From the NCBI GenBank assembly GCA_965248205.1, contig CBDFIS010000006.1:6476276-6540275 (forward strand): 64,000 bases of DNA. Reading direction: 5' to 3'. Each line of letters opens with the position of its first letter. Position 1 is the first letter of the stretch. The DNA comes from Bryobacterales bacterium (GTDB lineage: Bacteria > Acidobacteriota > Terriglobia > Bryobacterales > UBA6623). Under the pieces are notes generated by a model. It was not told the DNA's origin. It searched no databases and saw only the letters and a list, made by a program, of their open reading frames with translations. Position numbers and translations under genes: made by a program. Shown here one piece after another: positions 10,439 through 20,044 of the stretch.

Positions 10439-11146
10439 TTAAAGGGCGTAAACTTCTCGCCGCAAGGCCTCCGCCTCCCGGCGTGTCTGTTCTAAACCTC
10501 TCCGAGCCCGAACCAAACTCCACAGAAGGACGAACATAGCTACCGTTACGACGATCAGAGCCGTTCTCATATCAGGGTGGAGCCCCGAGCCGTCACCGCC
10601 CAGTATGACGGGCTGAGGATGCTGCATACGCCACCAGCGGTTCGCCATGTAAACAATAGGAATGTCCACCATCCCGAAAATCGAAACAACGGCGCAGGCG
10701 ACAGCCCGCTGGCCAGGTTCGCTGATGGACTGCCGCAAGATCAAATAGCCGGCGTAGATGAGCGCCAGCAAAAGCATGGTTGTAAGGCGCGCATCCCAGG
10801 CCCACGCAACTCCCCACACCGGCTTGGCCCACAGCGACCCCGTAATTAGATTCACCACCGCAAAGATCAGGCCTGACTCGTTACAAGCCACTGATAGATC
10901 GTCATAGCGATGATCGCGCTTGACGAGATACAGAATGCTCGTGACCCCACCGATCACGAATGCCAAGAAGGCTGTGAACGCAGACGGAACGTGGAAATAG
11001 AAAATCCGTTGAACGATACCCATCGAGCGCTCTGTCGGCACCCAGACAAAAATCAAGTAGAGCGAAACCAACAGCATCACCAAGGAGGCGATCAGCAGCG
11101 GCGGGGTCGATCTGTCCGGATTGATGCCGCTTGAAGGCTGTGGCAT
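10439..11146 (-). CDS. ccmC: Cytochrome c biogenesis heme chaperone-loading subunit CcmC
   Basis: FYFHVP, WWD-type motif WAKPVWGVAWAWDARLT, MQHP; start trimmed to ATG 11146 (MPQPSS...). Confidence 0.88.
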   Translation of the reverse strand: MPQPSSGINPDRSTPPLLIASLVMLLVSLYLIFVWVPTERSMGIVQRIFYFHVPSAFTAFLAFVIGGVTSILYLVKRDHRYDDLSVACNESGLIFAVVNLITGSLWAKPVWGVAWAWDARLTTMLLLALIYAGYLILRQSISEPGQRAVACAVVSIFGMVDIPIVYMANRWWRMQHPQPVILGGDGSGLHPDMRTALIVVTVAMFVLLWSLVRARRGLEQTRREAEALRREVYAL

Positions 11147-11209
11147 GCTGGTCGAAAGCCCTTTCCGGTAAACAGTGTAGCAACTGGGCCGGAGCGAGCG
11201 GCGACGACG

Positions 11210-11758
11210 ATGGAAGGCGAGATCCAGTGCGAAGTCAACAAGTGGCGGCGTTTGAAACGCGAGCGGCCGGAGAGAATCGACACCCCCGGACCGAGTCAGG
11301 AAAGCGTTTGGGACTACCCGCGTCCGCCACGTGTTGAGCGAGTTGGCCAGCGCGTCCGAGTTGAGCTGGCCGGAATTGTGTTGGCAGACAGTGGCGAGGC
11401 CTACCGCGTGCTCGAAACCGCGAGCCCACCTGCGTATTACGTCCCGCCAGCGCACGTTCAGCGCGAATACCTGGAGCCAAGCGAGCATTCCACTCTCTGC
11501 GAATGGAAGGGGACTGCGCGGTATTGGTCGATCCGAGTGGGCGACCGACTTGTTGAGAATGGAGGGTGGAGCTATCGAGATCCGTTTGATGGCTACGAGA
11601 TTATTCAGGACTTCCTCTCATTCTTCGCCGGCAAGGTGGACGCCTGTTACGTCGGAGAGCAGCGAGTCGTCCCTCAAGCCGGTGGTTACTACGGAGGTTG
11701 GGTGACCTCCAACATCGTGGGGCCGTTCAAGGGCGATCCGGGCACGGAATCGTGGTAG
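11210..11758 (+). CDS. DUF427 domain protein
   Basis: ESVWDYPRPPR, LETASPPAYYVP, CEWKG, YGGWVT motifs. Confidence 0.8.
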   Translation: MEGEIQCEVNKWRRLKRERPERIDTPGPSQESVWDYPRPPRVERVGQRVRVELAGIVLADSGEAYRVLETASPPAYYVPPAHVQREYLEPSEHSTLCEWKGTARYWSIRVGDRLVENGGWSYRDPFDGYEIIQDFLSFFAGKVDACYVGEQRVVPQAGGYYGGWVTSNIVGPFKGDPGTESW

Positions 11759-11930
11759 GCGAGTCCACCATAAAGATGAGTTTGGGCAAAGAATGGTAGC
11801 GGTCGCCACTCTTGGCGGTCCTAGTTTCGGGTTCGACCGGCAACCTTGCCGCCTTCATACCCATCTTTCGGACGAATTCGAACCGACCTGGGCGCTCGCA
11901 CTGTGAGACAAGCAAGATTGCTCGTCCCGC

Positions 11931-11992
11931 TGAGCCTTTCGGCGGACTGCTCGACTAGCCTGCGCAATGACCTTCGACGAACTGAAAGACCG
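11931..11992 (+). repeat. Degenerate ~60-bp direct repeat; second copy at 13357-13420
   Basis: GCAATGACCTTCGACGAACTGAAAGACCG (11964-11992) vs GCAATGACTTTCGGCGAACTGAAAGACCG (13392-13420), 27/29 identical, with weaker similarity upstream. Confidence 0.8.
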
Positions 11993-12053
11993 TAAGATCG
12001 CCCATATGGCTCAATCGCGCCCGTAGTATACTCCTCGAAGAACAGGAAGACCC

Positions 12054-12464
12054 ATGGCTGAGCCGAAGACTAGGCGAACGACGGCAAGCGTCAAGAAGTT
12101 CATCGATTCCATCGAGGACGAAAAGAAGCGCAAGGACAGCCGCTCCATCCTGACAATGATGAGACAGATCACGGGAGAGCGGCCCCAAATGTGGGGGCCC
12201 AACATCGTCGGGTTCGGTACATATCACTACAAGTACGCGACCGGCCGCGAAGGGGACTGGCCCGTGACCGGTTTTTCTCCGCGGAAGCAGGCGTTGACCC
12301 TCTACATCATGTCTGGCTTCCCGAAGGATGACGCGTTGTTGAAAAAACTGGGCAAGTACAAAACGGGGAAGTCATGCCTCTACATCAAGAGGCTCGAGGA
12401 CGTCGACGAGGCGATCCTTCGCAAACTGATAGCGCGGTCGATCAGGAAGATGGCTCGCTGCTAG
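12054..12464 (+). CDS. DUF1801 (YdhG-like) protein
   Basis: MWGPNIVGFGTYHYKYATGREGDW...GFSPRK...LGKYKTGKSCLYIKRLEDVD. Confidence 0.85.
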   Translation: MAEPKTRRTTASVKKFIDSIEDEKKRKDSRSILTMMRQITGERPQMWGPNIVGFGTYHYKYATGREGDWPVTGFSPRKQALTLYIMSGFPKDDALLKKLGKYKTGKSCLYIKRLEDVDEAILRKLIARSIRKMARC

Positions 12465-12661
12465 CCGCCGTTTCTGGCTTAGGTCGAGCAGGGACCGATT
12501 CTGTCCAGGTCAGCGTAAACATGTGTCAGCCGGGCAGAGGTGCAACGAAAATTGGGGCCACGGAGTATGGCCTGTGCGGCGCACTAGCCCAGGACTACTT
12601 TGGCAAGTTGATCTCTTGGCTGAGACCGTCGGGTCTCGACATAGCGTGTGGCAGGCGTATT

Positions 12662-13273
12662 GTGGGGTTTGTCCTTTCACTTGTTTTTGTCAGTACATTG
12701 CTATCTTGCCGCGTCAGCCCTGAGGAAGTTCTTGAAGAGATCGACCGGCCGGCACAGATCCAAGGCCTGACTGAAGAGCCTGGCCGGGGACAGCGCCCCT
12801 TGTCCCCACGAGCGCCTTGCGAGGGTCCAGACGCAGATCCCTGGGTTACGGGGCTCCGCGACCGCGTGATATCCCTCAACCCGCTGGTCGACTACACGGT
12901 CGATCTGTACGGGCTACCTCTCACCTGCGAAGGGACGGTGACATCGGAATTCGACGGCTCGAAATTTGGCGCGGTGCGCCTGGGCTTTGCGGAAGGCGTG
13001 ACTTTCGAGGTCGAGACCATGCCGCCAGAGACGAGCGTCGTCACGCTGCGGGATCCCTTGGGGTTCGATGATGAAGCCTCGGCCCGCCAGATACTTGGGG
13101 CGTACTCGTCCGACTTCGGGCTCCAAATCGACTGGACGGCCCCAACCGTTACCGCGGAGGGCGACGAACGTGTTCAAAGCTTTTGGGACCCCGACGCAGG
13201 CCTGAACGGTTCGGCATCTTTCTTCTTCCTGGAGGACACGCTGGTCGCCCTGCGCTTCAGCGTCGCGCTGTGA
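12662..13273 (+). CDS. Putative lipoprotein of unknown function
   Basis: Hydrophobic stretch ending in lipobox-like LLSC; start (GTG 12662) is uncertain within ORF 12374-13273. Confidence 0.55.
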   Translation: MGFVLSLVFVSTLLSCRVSPEEVLEEIDRPAQIQGLTEEPGRGQRPLSPRAPCEGPDADPWVTGLRDRVISLNPLVDYTVDLYGLPLTCEGTVTSEFDGSKFGAVRLGFAEGVTFEVETMPPETSVVTLRDPLGFDDEASARQILGAYSSDFGLQIDWTAPTVTAEGDERVQSFWDPDAGLNGSASFFFLEDTLVALRFSVAL

Positions 13274-13394
13274 ACCCGCTGCTTCGGCAACCTGGGTTGT
13301 CGATTTAGGGGGGCGGCCACGAGCATTTCGGGTAAGGGCTATCGCACCCATGCCAGTGAGCGTTTCAGCAGAACGCTAGGGTAGGCCGACGGCA

Positions 13395-13748
13395 ATGACT
13401 TTCGGCGAACTGAAAGACCGCTGGGGTTGGAAGCCTATGCGAGGCTGCCCGGGGCGGTACATGCTGCCCGGCACAGAGTTCAACGGATCGCCTCTCGATC
13501 TCTTCGACACACAAACCAAACTCCACGAGTTTCGGGTGGACGCCGCAAGGGACCCGGTCGTCGTCGCACGCCTGGCCCAAGGCGGCGGCTTGATTTCTTA
13601 CCAACGAGAGGACGGAAAATATGTCCACACCCTCAATACAGAAGAAGGGTTCCGGCGCAAGCTCGATCAACTTGGCATCCGGCTCGAGCGGACGTCAGAA
13701 GGCCACGAACCAACGGGCTTGCCTGAGTCACAATCGGGGAAGACTTGA
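13395..13748 (+). CDS. Hypothetical protein
   Basis: 117-aa ORF with globular-looking composition (WKPMRGCPGRY...GGGLISY); its 5' end is duplicated at 11967. Confidence 0.65.
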   Translation: MTFGELKDRWGWKPMRGCPGRYMLPGTEFNGSPLDLFDTQTKLHEFRVDAARDPVVVARLAQGGGLISYQREDGKYVHTLNTEEGFRRKLDQLGIRLERTSEGHEPTGLPESQSGKT

Positions 13749-13788
13749 CTGTCGATTCATTGCACTAGAATAAACTTAGTCCACATCC

Positions 13789-14037
13789 ATGAAATCGAGC
13801 ACATTCAACGTCCACGAGGCCAAGACACATCTCTCCCGACTCCTTGAGCGAGTCGCGGCGGGCGAGGAGATCATCATTGCAAGGGACGGAAAGCCTGTCG
13901 CTCGCCTGGCGCCCCTCAAACCCGAGCGTCAACCACGTCAGCCCGGCGCCCTCGCGGGAAGAATCTGGATCGCAGACGACTTCGACGAGCCACTGCCTGA
14001 AACCATTGCTGCCGGCTTTCGAGGAGAAAAGGCTTGA
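13789..14037 (+). CDS. Phd/YefM-family antitoxin
   Basis: FNVHEAKTHLSRLLERVAAGEEIIIARDGKPVARL; 4-bp overlap with the PIN gene. Confidence 0.93.
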   Translation: MKSSTFNVHEAKTHLSRLLERVAAGEEIIIARDGKPVARLAPLKPERQPRQPGALAGRIWIADDFDEPLPETIAAGFRGEKA

Positions 14038-14414
14038 GGCTGCTCCTCAACACCCACGCGCTTTTGTGGTGGCTCACTGGCGACCCAAGACTGAAGCCAG
14101 AGGTTCAGTCGCTGATCAGCGACCGGGAAAACGAGATCCAGCTTCGCGCAGCTAGTTTGTGGCAAGCCTCGATCAAGCGGGCGCTCGGAAGGCTGCGATT
14201 CGAGACTGCCGAAATAACCTCTGCCCTAGTTTCGGGTGGCTTCCGCGAGCTGCCGGTAAAAGCGCTCCACGTGACTGCCGCCGGAGACCTATCCCGCTAC
14301 CACGACGATCCGTTCGACCGAATGCTCGCGGCACAGGCAGCGGCGGAAGGGCTCACCCTAATCACTCACGACAAAGCGTTCGCGCCCTACGGGGTCAGCG
14401 TGGTTTGGACCTGA
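14034..14414 (+). CDS. PIN-domain VapC-like toxin with D6N and E44Q substitutions
   Basis: MRLLLNTHALLW...SLWQASIK...HDDPFDRML...LITHD; PIN signature with two acidic positions amidated. Confidence 0.88.
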   Translation: MRLLLNTHALLWWLTGDPRLKPEVQSLISDRENEIQLRAASLWQASIKRALGRLRFETAEITSALVSGGFRELPVKALHVTAAGDLSRYHDDPFDRMLAAQAAAEGLTLITHDKAFAPYGVSVVWT

Positions 14415-14523
14415 TATGGCCGTAAAGACATCCGTGCTCTGTTCCCTCTCCCGTCAATGATTATGGTTACACGCTACACCGCCGGGACGATCGCCGGATA
14501 TTACCGGCAATATCGACATCGCA

Positions 14524-16754
14524 CTACTGAACTGCTTTTCCGACCTCCAAGGACGGTCTCAAAGATTGGCGGAATTTGTTAATGGGCTTTTCAAAGAAAT
14601 GCCAAGACAAGGCAGCCAGCGTGATTGTTATTGCGATCGCTAATGCCGCCATCCAAACCGGCGTCAAGAAACCTGCAAAACGAAATAGAGATCGATAAGA
14701 GTTTAGAATGTGGAAGACAAAAAGATGTAGAACATAGATGCCATAACTAATTTTCCCCATATAGGCTACTGGCCGCAATTCCAATAACCGGCCCATTAGG
14801 CCTTGATGCCCTTCGGAGGCTCGCAGTATTAACCACGCGAACGACATGGATAGCCCCGTCTTCGCAAATTCCGACATTTGCAATATTTCAGGCCAGTGCT
14901 GTCCGGGGAAAGTCGCGCCATCGGACGGTAAGTCTCGACCGTTCAATGTCTTATGGCCTGTTTTGCCCGGGAACGATTTGAAATCCCGAGGCCGCAAATG
15001 GTCGCCTGAACGGAGCATCCGGACGCGGCACAATGAGGGATGAACCTTGGCCGTACGGTTTTCTCCCAACTGATCGAGCACCTACCGAGCAAAGAGTTTC
15101 AGAAATGTGTATCGCGCTACCGCGGCGATTCCTATCTGAAAAGTTTCTCCTGCTGGGATCAGTTTCTTGCGATGGCATTCGCCCAGCTGACCTATCGGGC
15201 AAGCCTCCGCGACATCGAGACGTGCCTGCGTTCGATGCACGGCAAACTCTACCACATGGGATTCCGCGGCAGGGTAGCGCGCTCGACACTGGCCGACGCG
15301 AACGAGTCGCGCGACTGGCGGATCTACGCGGACTTCGCGCAGGTCTTGATTGGCATGGCACGGCCGTTATATGCCCACGACCCGATCGGTGTGGACTTGG
15401 ACCAGACTCTGTACGCTCTCGACTCGACAACAATCGACCTCTGCCTGTCGCTGTTTCCGTGGGCGAGATTCCGCAAGCAAAAAGCCGCCGTGAAGATGCA
15501 CACGCTGCTGGATCTGCACGGCAATATTCCCACGTTCATCCGCATTACTGGAGGCAAAGTGCACGACATCAACATCCTCGACGAGATCGGCCCGGAGGCC
15601 GGCGCGTTCTACGTCATGGATCGGGCCTACGTCGATTTCGAACGCCTCTTCGTGTTCACTCTCTGCTCGTCGTTCTTCGTCGTGCGAACCAAGAAGAACA
15701 TCTTGCTCCAACGGCGCTACTCGCATCCCGTCGACAAATCCACGGGCTTGCGCTCGGATCAGACCGTCATACTGGCTGCCATCGAATCGGCCCAAGCCTA
15801 TCCCGACCCGTTGCGGAGGGTCAGTTACTTCGACGCCCGGACGAACAAGCGGCTGAAGTTTCTGACCAACAACTTCGCGCTCCCGGCGCTGACCATCGCC
15901 CACATCTACAAGTCGCGTTGGCAGATTGAGTTGTTCTTCAAGTGGATCAAGCAACATCTGCGAATCAACTCGTTTTACGGCACCAGCGAGAACGCCGTCA
16001 AGACGCAGATCTGGATCGCTGTCTCGATTTACGTGCTCATCGCCATCGTCCGGAAACGCCTCGGGCTGGAAGCGAGTCTTTACCAGATTCTACAGATTCT
16101 CAGCGTTACGCAATTCGAAAAAATGCCCCTTTTACAGGCACTCCAGCCATCCGACTCCCCAAACGAATCCCCCTATGACCCCAACCAATTGATTCTATTC
16201 GACTTTTAACCGGACAGCAGTGATTTCAGGCATATGAAGGATCCGATCGGAAAGCCAAAGGAGCAAACCGATTCCGGCCAGCAAGCACGGCAACCGTCTA
16301 CTGGAGGTCCAACCGAAGAATTTCGTTAAAACAGCAACCAGTGAGCCCAGGCAGAGAGCATCCATTGAATCAGGAAGCAACACCCAAATGGGAATGTCTT
16401 CGATCCCTGATAGCCGTGCCGCAATTCTGTACACCAGTACCAATGGTACAGCCAAATAGATTAATCGCATTAATTTCCTATAATGCAGGAAACTCACGAC
16501 GAGGGGCCAGATCAAATAAAATTGTTCCTCAACGGAGAGAGTCCAGAAATGTGCCACCGACCCTTGCCATGAGTTGCTAAGGGCGAACTTCACATTTGAG
16601 ACGTAAAAGGCATGCCACCAGAAGGTTTCCCGAGTGTTTGGTATATCGAGGATAGCGGCCATGACAACGGTAGCAAGAAAGACTGGTGTGAGCCGGAGAT
16701 ACCTACGGATGTAGAAGTTCGTGATCAACGTAATTCTGGTTCCTGGGTTATTAT
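14524..16754 (-). pseudogene. Acyltransferase-3 (OafA-like membrane O-acyltransferase), split by IS4 copy 2 and 5'-truncated by copy 3
   Basis: FYIRRYLRL, HFWTLSVEEQFY, MGKISYGIYVLH, SWHFFEKP; removing copy 2 and its TSD rejoins HMPEI|LQMSEF in frame; the N-terminus is missing. Confidence 0.9.
14894..16222 (+). mobile_element. IS4-family element, copy 2 (transposase 15040-16209)
   Basis: Same IRs as copy 1; TSD ATTTCAGGC at 14885-14893 and 16223-16231. Confidence 0.95.
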
Positions 16755-18083
16755 CAGTGCTGTCCGGGGAAAGTCGCGCCATCGGACGGTAAGTCTCGAC
16801 CGTTCAATGTCTTATGGCCTGTTTTGCCCGGGAACGATTTGAAATCCCGAGGCCGCAAATGGTCGCCTGAACGGAGCATCCGGACGCGGCACAATGAGGG
16901 ATGAACCTTGGCCGTACGGTTTTCTCCCAACTGATCGAGCACCTACCGAGCAAAGAGTTTCAGAAATGTGTATCGCGCTACCGCGGCGATTCCTATCTGA
17001 AAAGTTTCTCCTGCTGGGATCAGTTTCTTGCGATGGCATTCGCCCAGCTGACCTATCGGGCAAGCCTCCGCGACATCGAGACGTGCCTGCGTTCGATGCA
17101 CGGCAAACTCTACCACATGGGATTCCGCGGCAGGGTAGCGCGCTCGACACTGGCCGACGCGAACGAGTCGCGCGACTGGCGGATCTACGCGGACTTCGCG
17201 CAGGTCTTGATTGGCATGGCACGGCCGTTATATGCCCACGACCCGATCGGTGTGGACTTGGACCAGACTCTGTACGCTCTCGACTCGACAACAATCGACC
17301 TCTGCCTGTCGCTGTTTCCGTGGGCGAGATTCCGCAAGCAAAAAGCCGCCGTGAAGATGCACACGCTGCTGGATCTGCACGGCAATATTCCCACGTTCAT
17401 CCGCATTACTGGAGGCAAAGTGCACGACATCAACATCCTCGACGAGATCGGCCCGGAGGCCGGCGCGTTCTACGTCATGGATCGGGCCTACGTCGATTTC
17501 GAACGCCTCTTCGTGTTCACTCTCTGCTCGTCGTTCTTCGTCGTGCGAACCAAGAAGAACATCTTGCTCCAACGGCGCTACTCGCATCCCGTCGACAAAT
17601 CCACGGGCTTGCGCTCGGATCAGACCGTCATACTGGCTGCCATCGAATCGGCCCAAGCCTATCCCGACCCGTTGCGGAGGGTCAGTTACTTCGACGCCCG
17701 GACGAACAAGCGGCTGAAGTTTCTGACCAACAACTTCGCGCTCCCGGCGCTGACCATCGCCCACATCTACAAGTCGCGTTGGCAGATTGAGTTGTTCTTC
17801 AAGTGGATCAAGCAACATCTGCGAATCAACTCGTTTTACGGCACCAGCGAGAACGCCGTCAAGACGCAGATCTGGATCGCTGTCTCGATTTACGTGCTCA
17901 TCGCCATCGTCCGGAAACGCCTCGGGCTGGAAGCGAGTCTTTACCAGATTCTACAGATTCTCAGCGTTACGCAATTCGAAAAAATGCCCCTTTTACAGGC
18001 ACTCCAGCCATCCGACTCCCCAAACGAATCCCCCTATGACCCCAACCAATTGATTCTATTCGACTTTTAACCGGACAGCAGTG
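16755..18083 (+). mobile_element. IS4-family element, copy 3 (transposase 16901-18070), no TSD
   Basis: Both IRs intact; flanks GGTTATTAT / CTTCCTTTT do not match. Confidence 0.93.
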
Positions 18084-18524
18084 CTTCCTTTTGGGCAGTG
18101 AACCCTCGTTCTTTCGGCTTTCCGTCGACTCGATTCCACTTCGGGAGCTGAAACCTTAATGTTTGATGTGAGGTTCGTCGGGCGATAGCCAGAAGTGACG
18201 TGCGACCCCCTAAGATTTACCTCTGTATCGTTTCACCGCGAGTTCCGATTAGGGCCACGCACTGCTCGACCGGGCTGATAGACAAGCCAAGCCGCTCCCG
18301 ACATTGCATTTCAGCAGATCTGCCCGGACAGCGAAGTCGATGTTTGGGCTGCGGTGCGCCGCGGGCGCACAATGGCGAGTCAGTTTTTACACAGATCATC
18401 CATAACCCGTTCGTTCCAACCCCGAACTAACAAATAGAGGATTCGGCCGAACTGGCCCAGAATGCGTGCCGGAAGACCAGTTGGAATTCAGCCGGCAGGT
18501 GGAGTGCCAGTGCTGGCGGGATAC

Positions 18525-18626
18525 ATGAACAACATGAGACTTGAACGCTTACTTTTGATCTTGGGCGGTGGTCTCCCGTTGTGGCTGATCATCTTCGGAA
18601 TCGTTTACGCCTTCGCCTTCGCTTAA
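18525..18626 (+). CDS. Putative 33-aa single-TM small protein
   Basis: Manual translation MNNMRLERLLLILGGGLPLWLIIFGIVYAFAFA; basic N-terminus plus one hydrophobic helix. Confidence 0.4.
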   Translation: MNNMRLERLLLILGGGLPLWLIIFGIVYAFAFA

Positions 18627-18728
18627 TTCACTCACTGAGAGAAACGGAGCGTAGGCATTATTCTTGCTGCGTACAGAGGTCTTAGTTCACCACCACGGTC
18701 ACCTATGATCCGATCGTTAGTCTCTTAC

Positions 18729-20044
18729 CAGTGCTGTCCGGGGAAAGTCGCGCCATCGGACGGTAAGTCTCGACCGTTCAATGTCTTATGGCCTGTTTTG
18801 CCCGGGAACGATTTGAAATCCCGAGGCCGCAAATGGTCGCCTGAACGGAGCATCCGGACGCGGCACAATGAGGGATGAACCTTGGCCGTACGGTTTTCTC
18901 CCAACTGATCGAGCACCTACCGAGCAAAGAGTTTCAGAAATGTGTATCGCGCTACCGCGGCGATTCCTATCTGAAAAGTTTCTCCTGCTGGGATCAGTTT
19001 CTTGCGATGGCATTCGCCCAGCTGACCTATCGGGCAAGCCTCCGCGACATCGAGACGTGCCTGCGTTCGATGCACGGCAAACTCTACCACATGGGATTCC
19101 GCGGCAGGGTAGCGCGCTCGACACTGGCCGACGCGAACGAGTCGCGCGACTGGCGGATCTACGCGGACTTCGCGCAGGTCTTGATTGGCATGGCACGGCC
19201 GTTATATGCCCACGACCCGATCGGTGTGGACTTGGACCAGACTCTGTACGCTCTCGACTCGACAACAATCGACCTCTGCCTGTCGCTGTTTCCGTGGGCG
19301 AGATTCCGCAAGCAAAAAGCCGCCGTGAAGATGCACACGCTGCTGGATCTGCACGGCAATATTCCCACGTTCATCCGCATTACTGGAGGCAAAGTGCACG
19401 ACATCAACATCCTCGACGAGATCGGCCCGGAGGCCGGCGCGTTCTACGTCATGGATCGGGCCTACGTCGATTTCGAACGCCTCTTCGTGTTCACTCTCTG
19501 CTCGTCGTTCTTCGTCGTGCGAACCAAGAAGAACATCTTGCTCCAACGGCGCTACTCGCATCCCGTCGACAAATCCACGGGCTTGCGCTCGGATCAGACC
19601 GTCATACTGGCTGCCATCGAATCGGCCCAAGCCTATCCCGACCCGTTGCGGAGGGTCAGTTACTTCGACGCCCGGACGAACAAGCGGCTGAAGTTTCTGA
19701 CCAACAACTTCGCGCTCCCGGCGCTGACCATCGCCCACATCTACAAGTCGCGTTGGCAGATTGAGTTGTTCTTCAAGTGGATCAAGCAACATCTGCGAAT
19801 CAACTCGTTTTACGGCACCAGCGAGAACGCCGTCAAGACGCAGATCTGGATCGCTGTCTCGATTTACGTGCTCATCGCCATCGTCCGGAAACGCCTCGGG
19901 CTGGAAGCGAGTCTTTACCAGATTCTACAGATTCTCAGCGTTACGCAATTCGAAAAAATGCCCCTTTTACAGGCACTCCAGCCATCCGACTCCCCAAACG
20001 AATCCCCCTATGACCCCAACCAATTGATTCTATTCGACTTTTAA
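18729..20044 (+). mobile_element. IS4-family element, copy 4 (transposase 18875-20044), right IR lost
   Basis: Left IR at 18729; sequence switches to the IS1380 end right at the transposase stop codon. Confidence 0.92.

Noticed and set aside
11210-14414. Integron cassette array (small co-oriented genes plus a TA pair)
   Set aside because: I could not find RYYYAAC...GTTRRRY attC-type palindromes in the intergenic gaps, and there is no integron integrase.
18324-18515. IS4-IR-like words CCGGACAGC (18324) and CAGTGCTG (18508) between copies 3 and 4
   Set aside because: Only 8-9 bp, and not arranged as paired ends of a MITE; may be chance.
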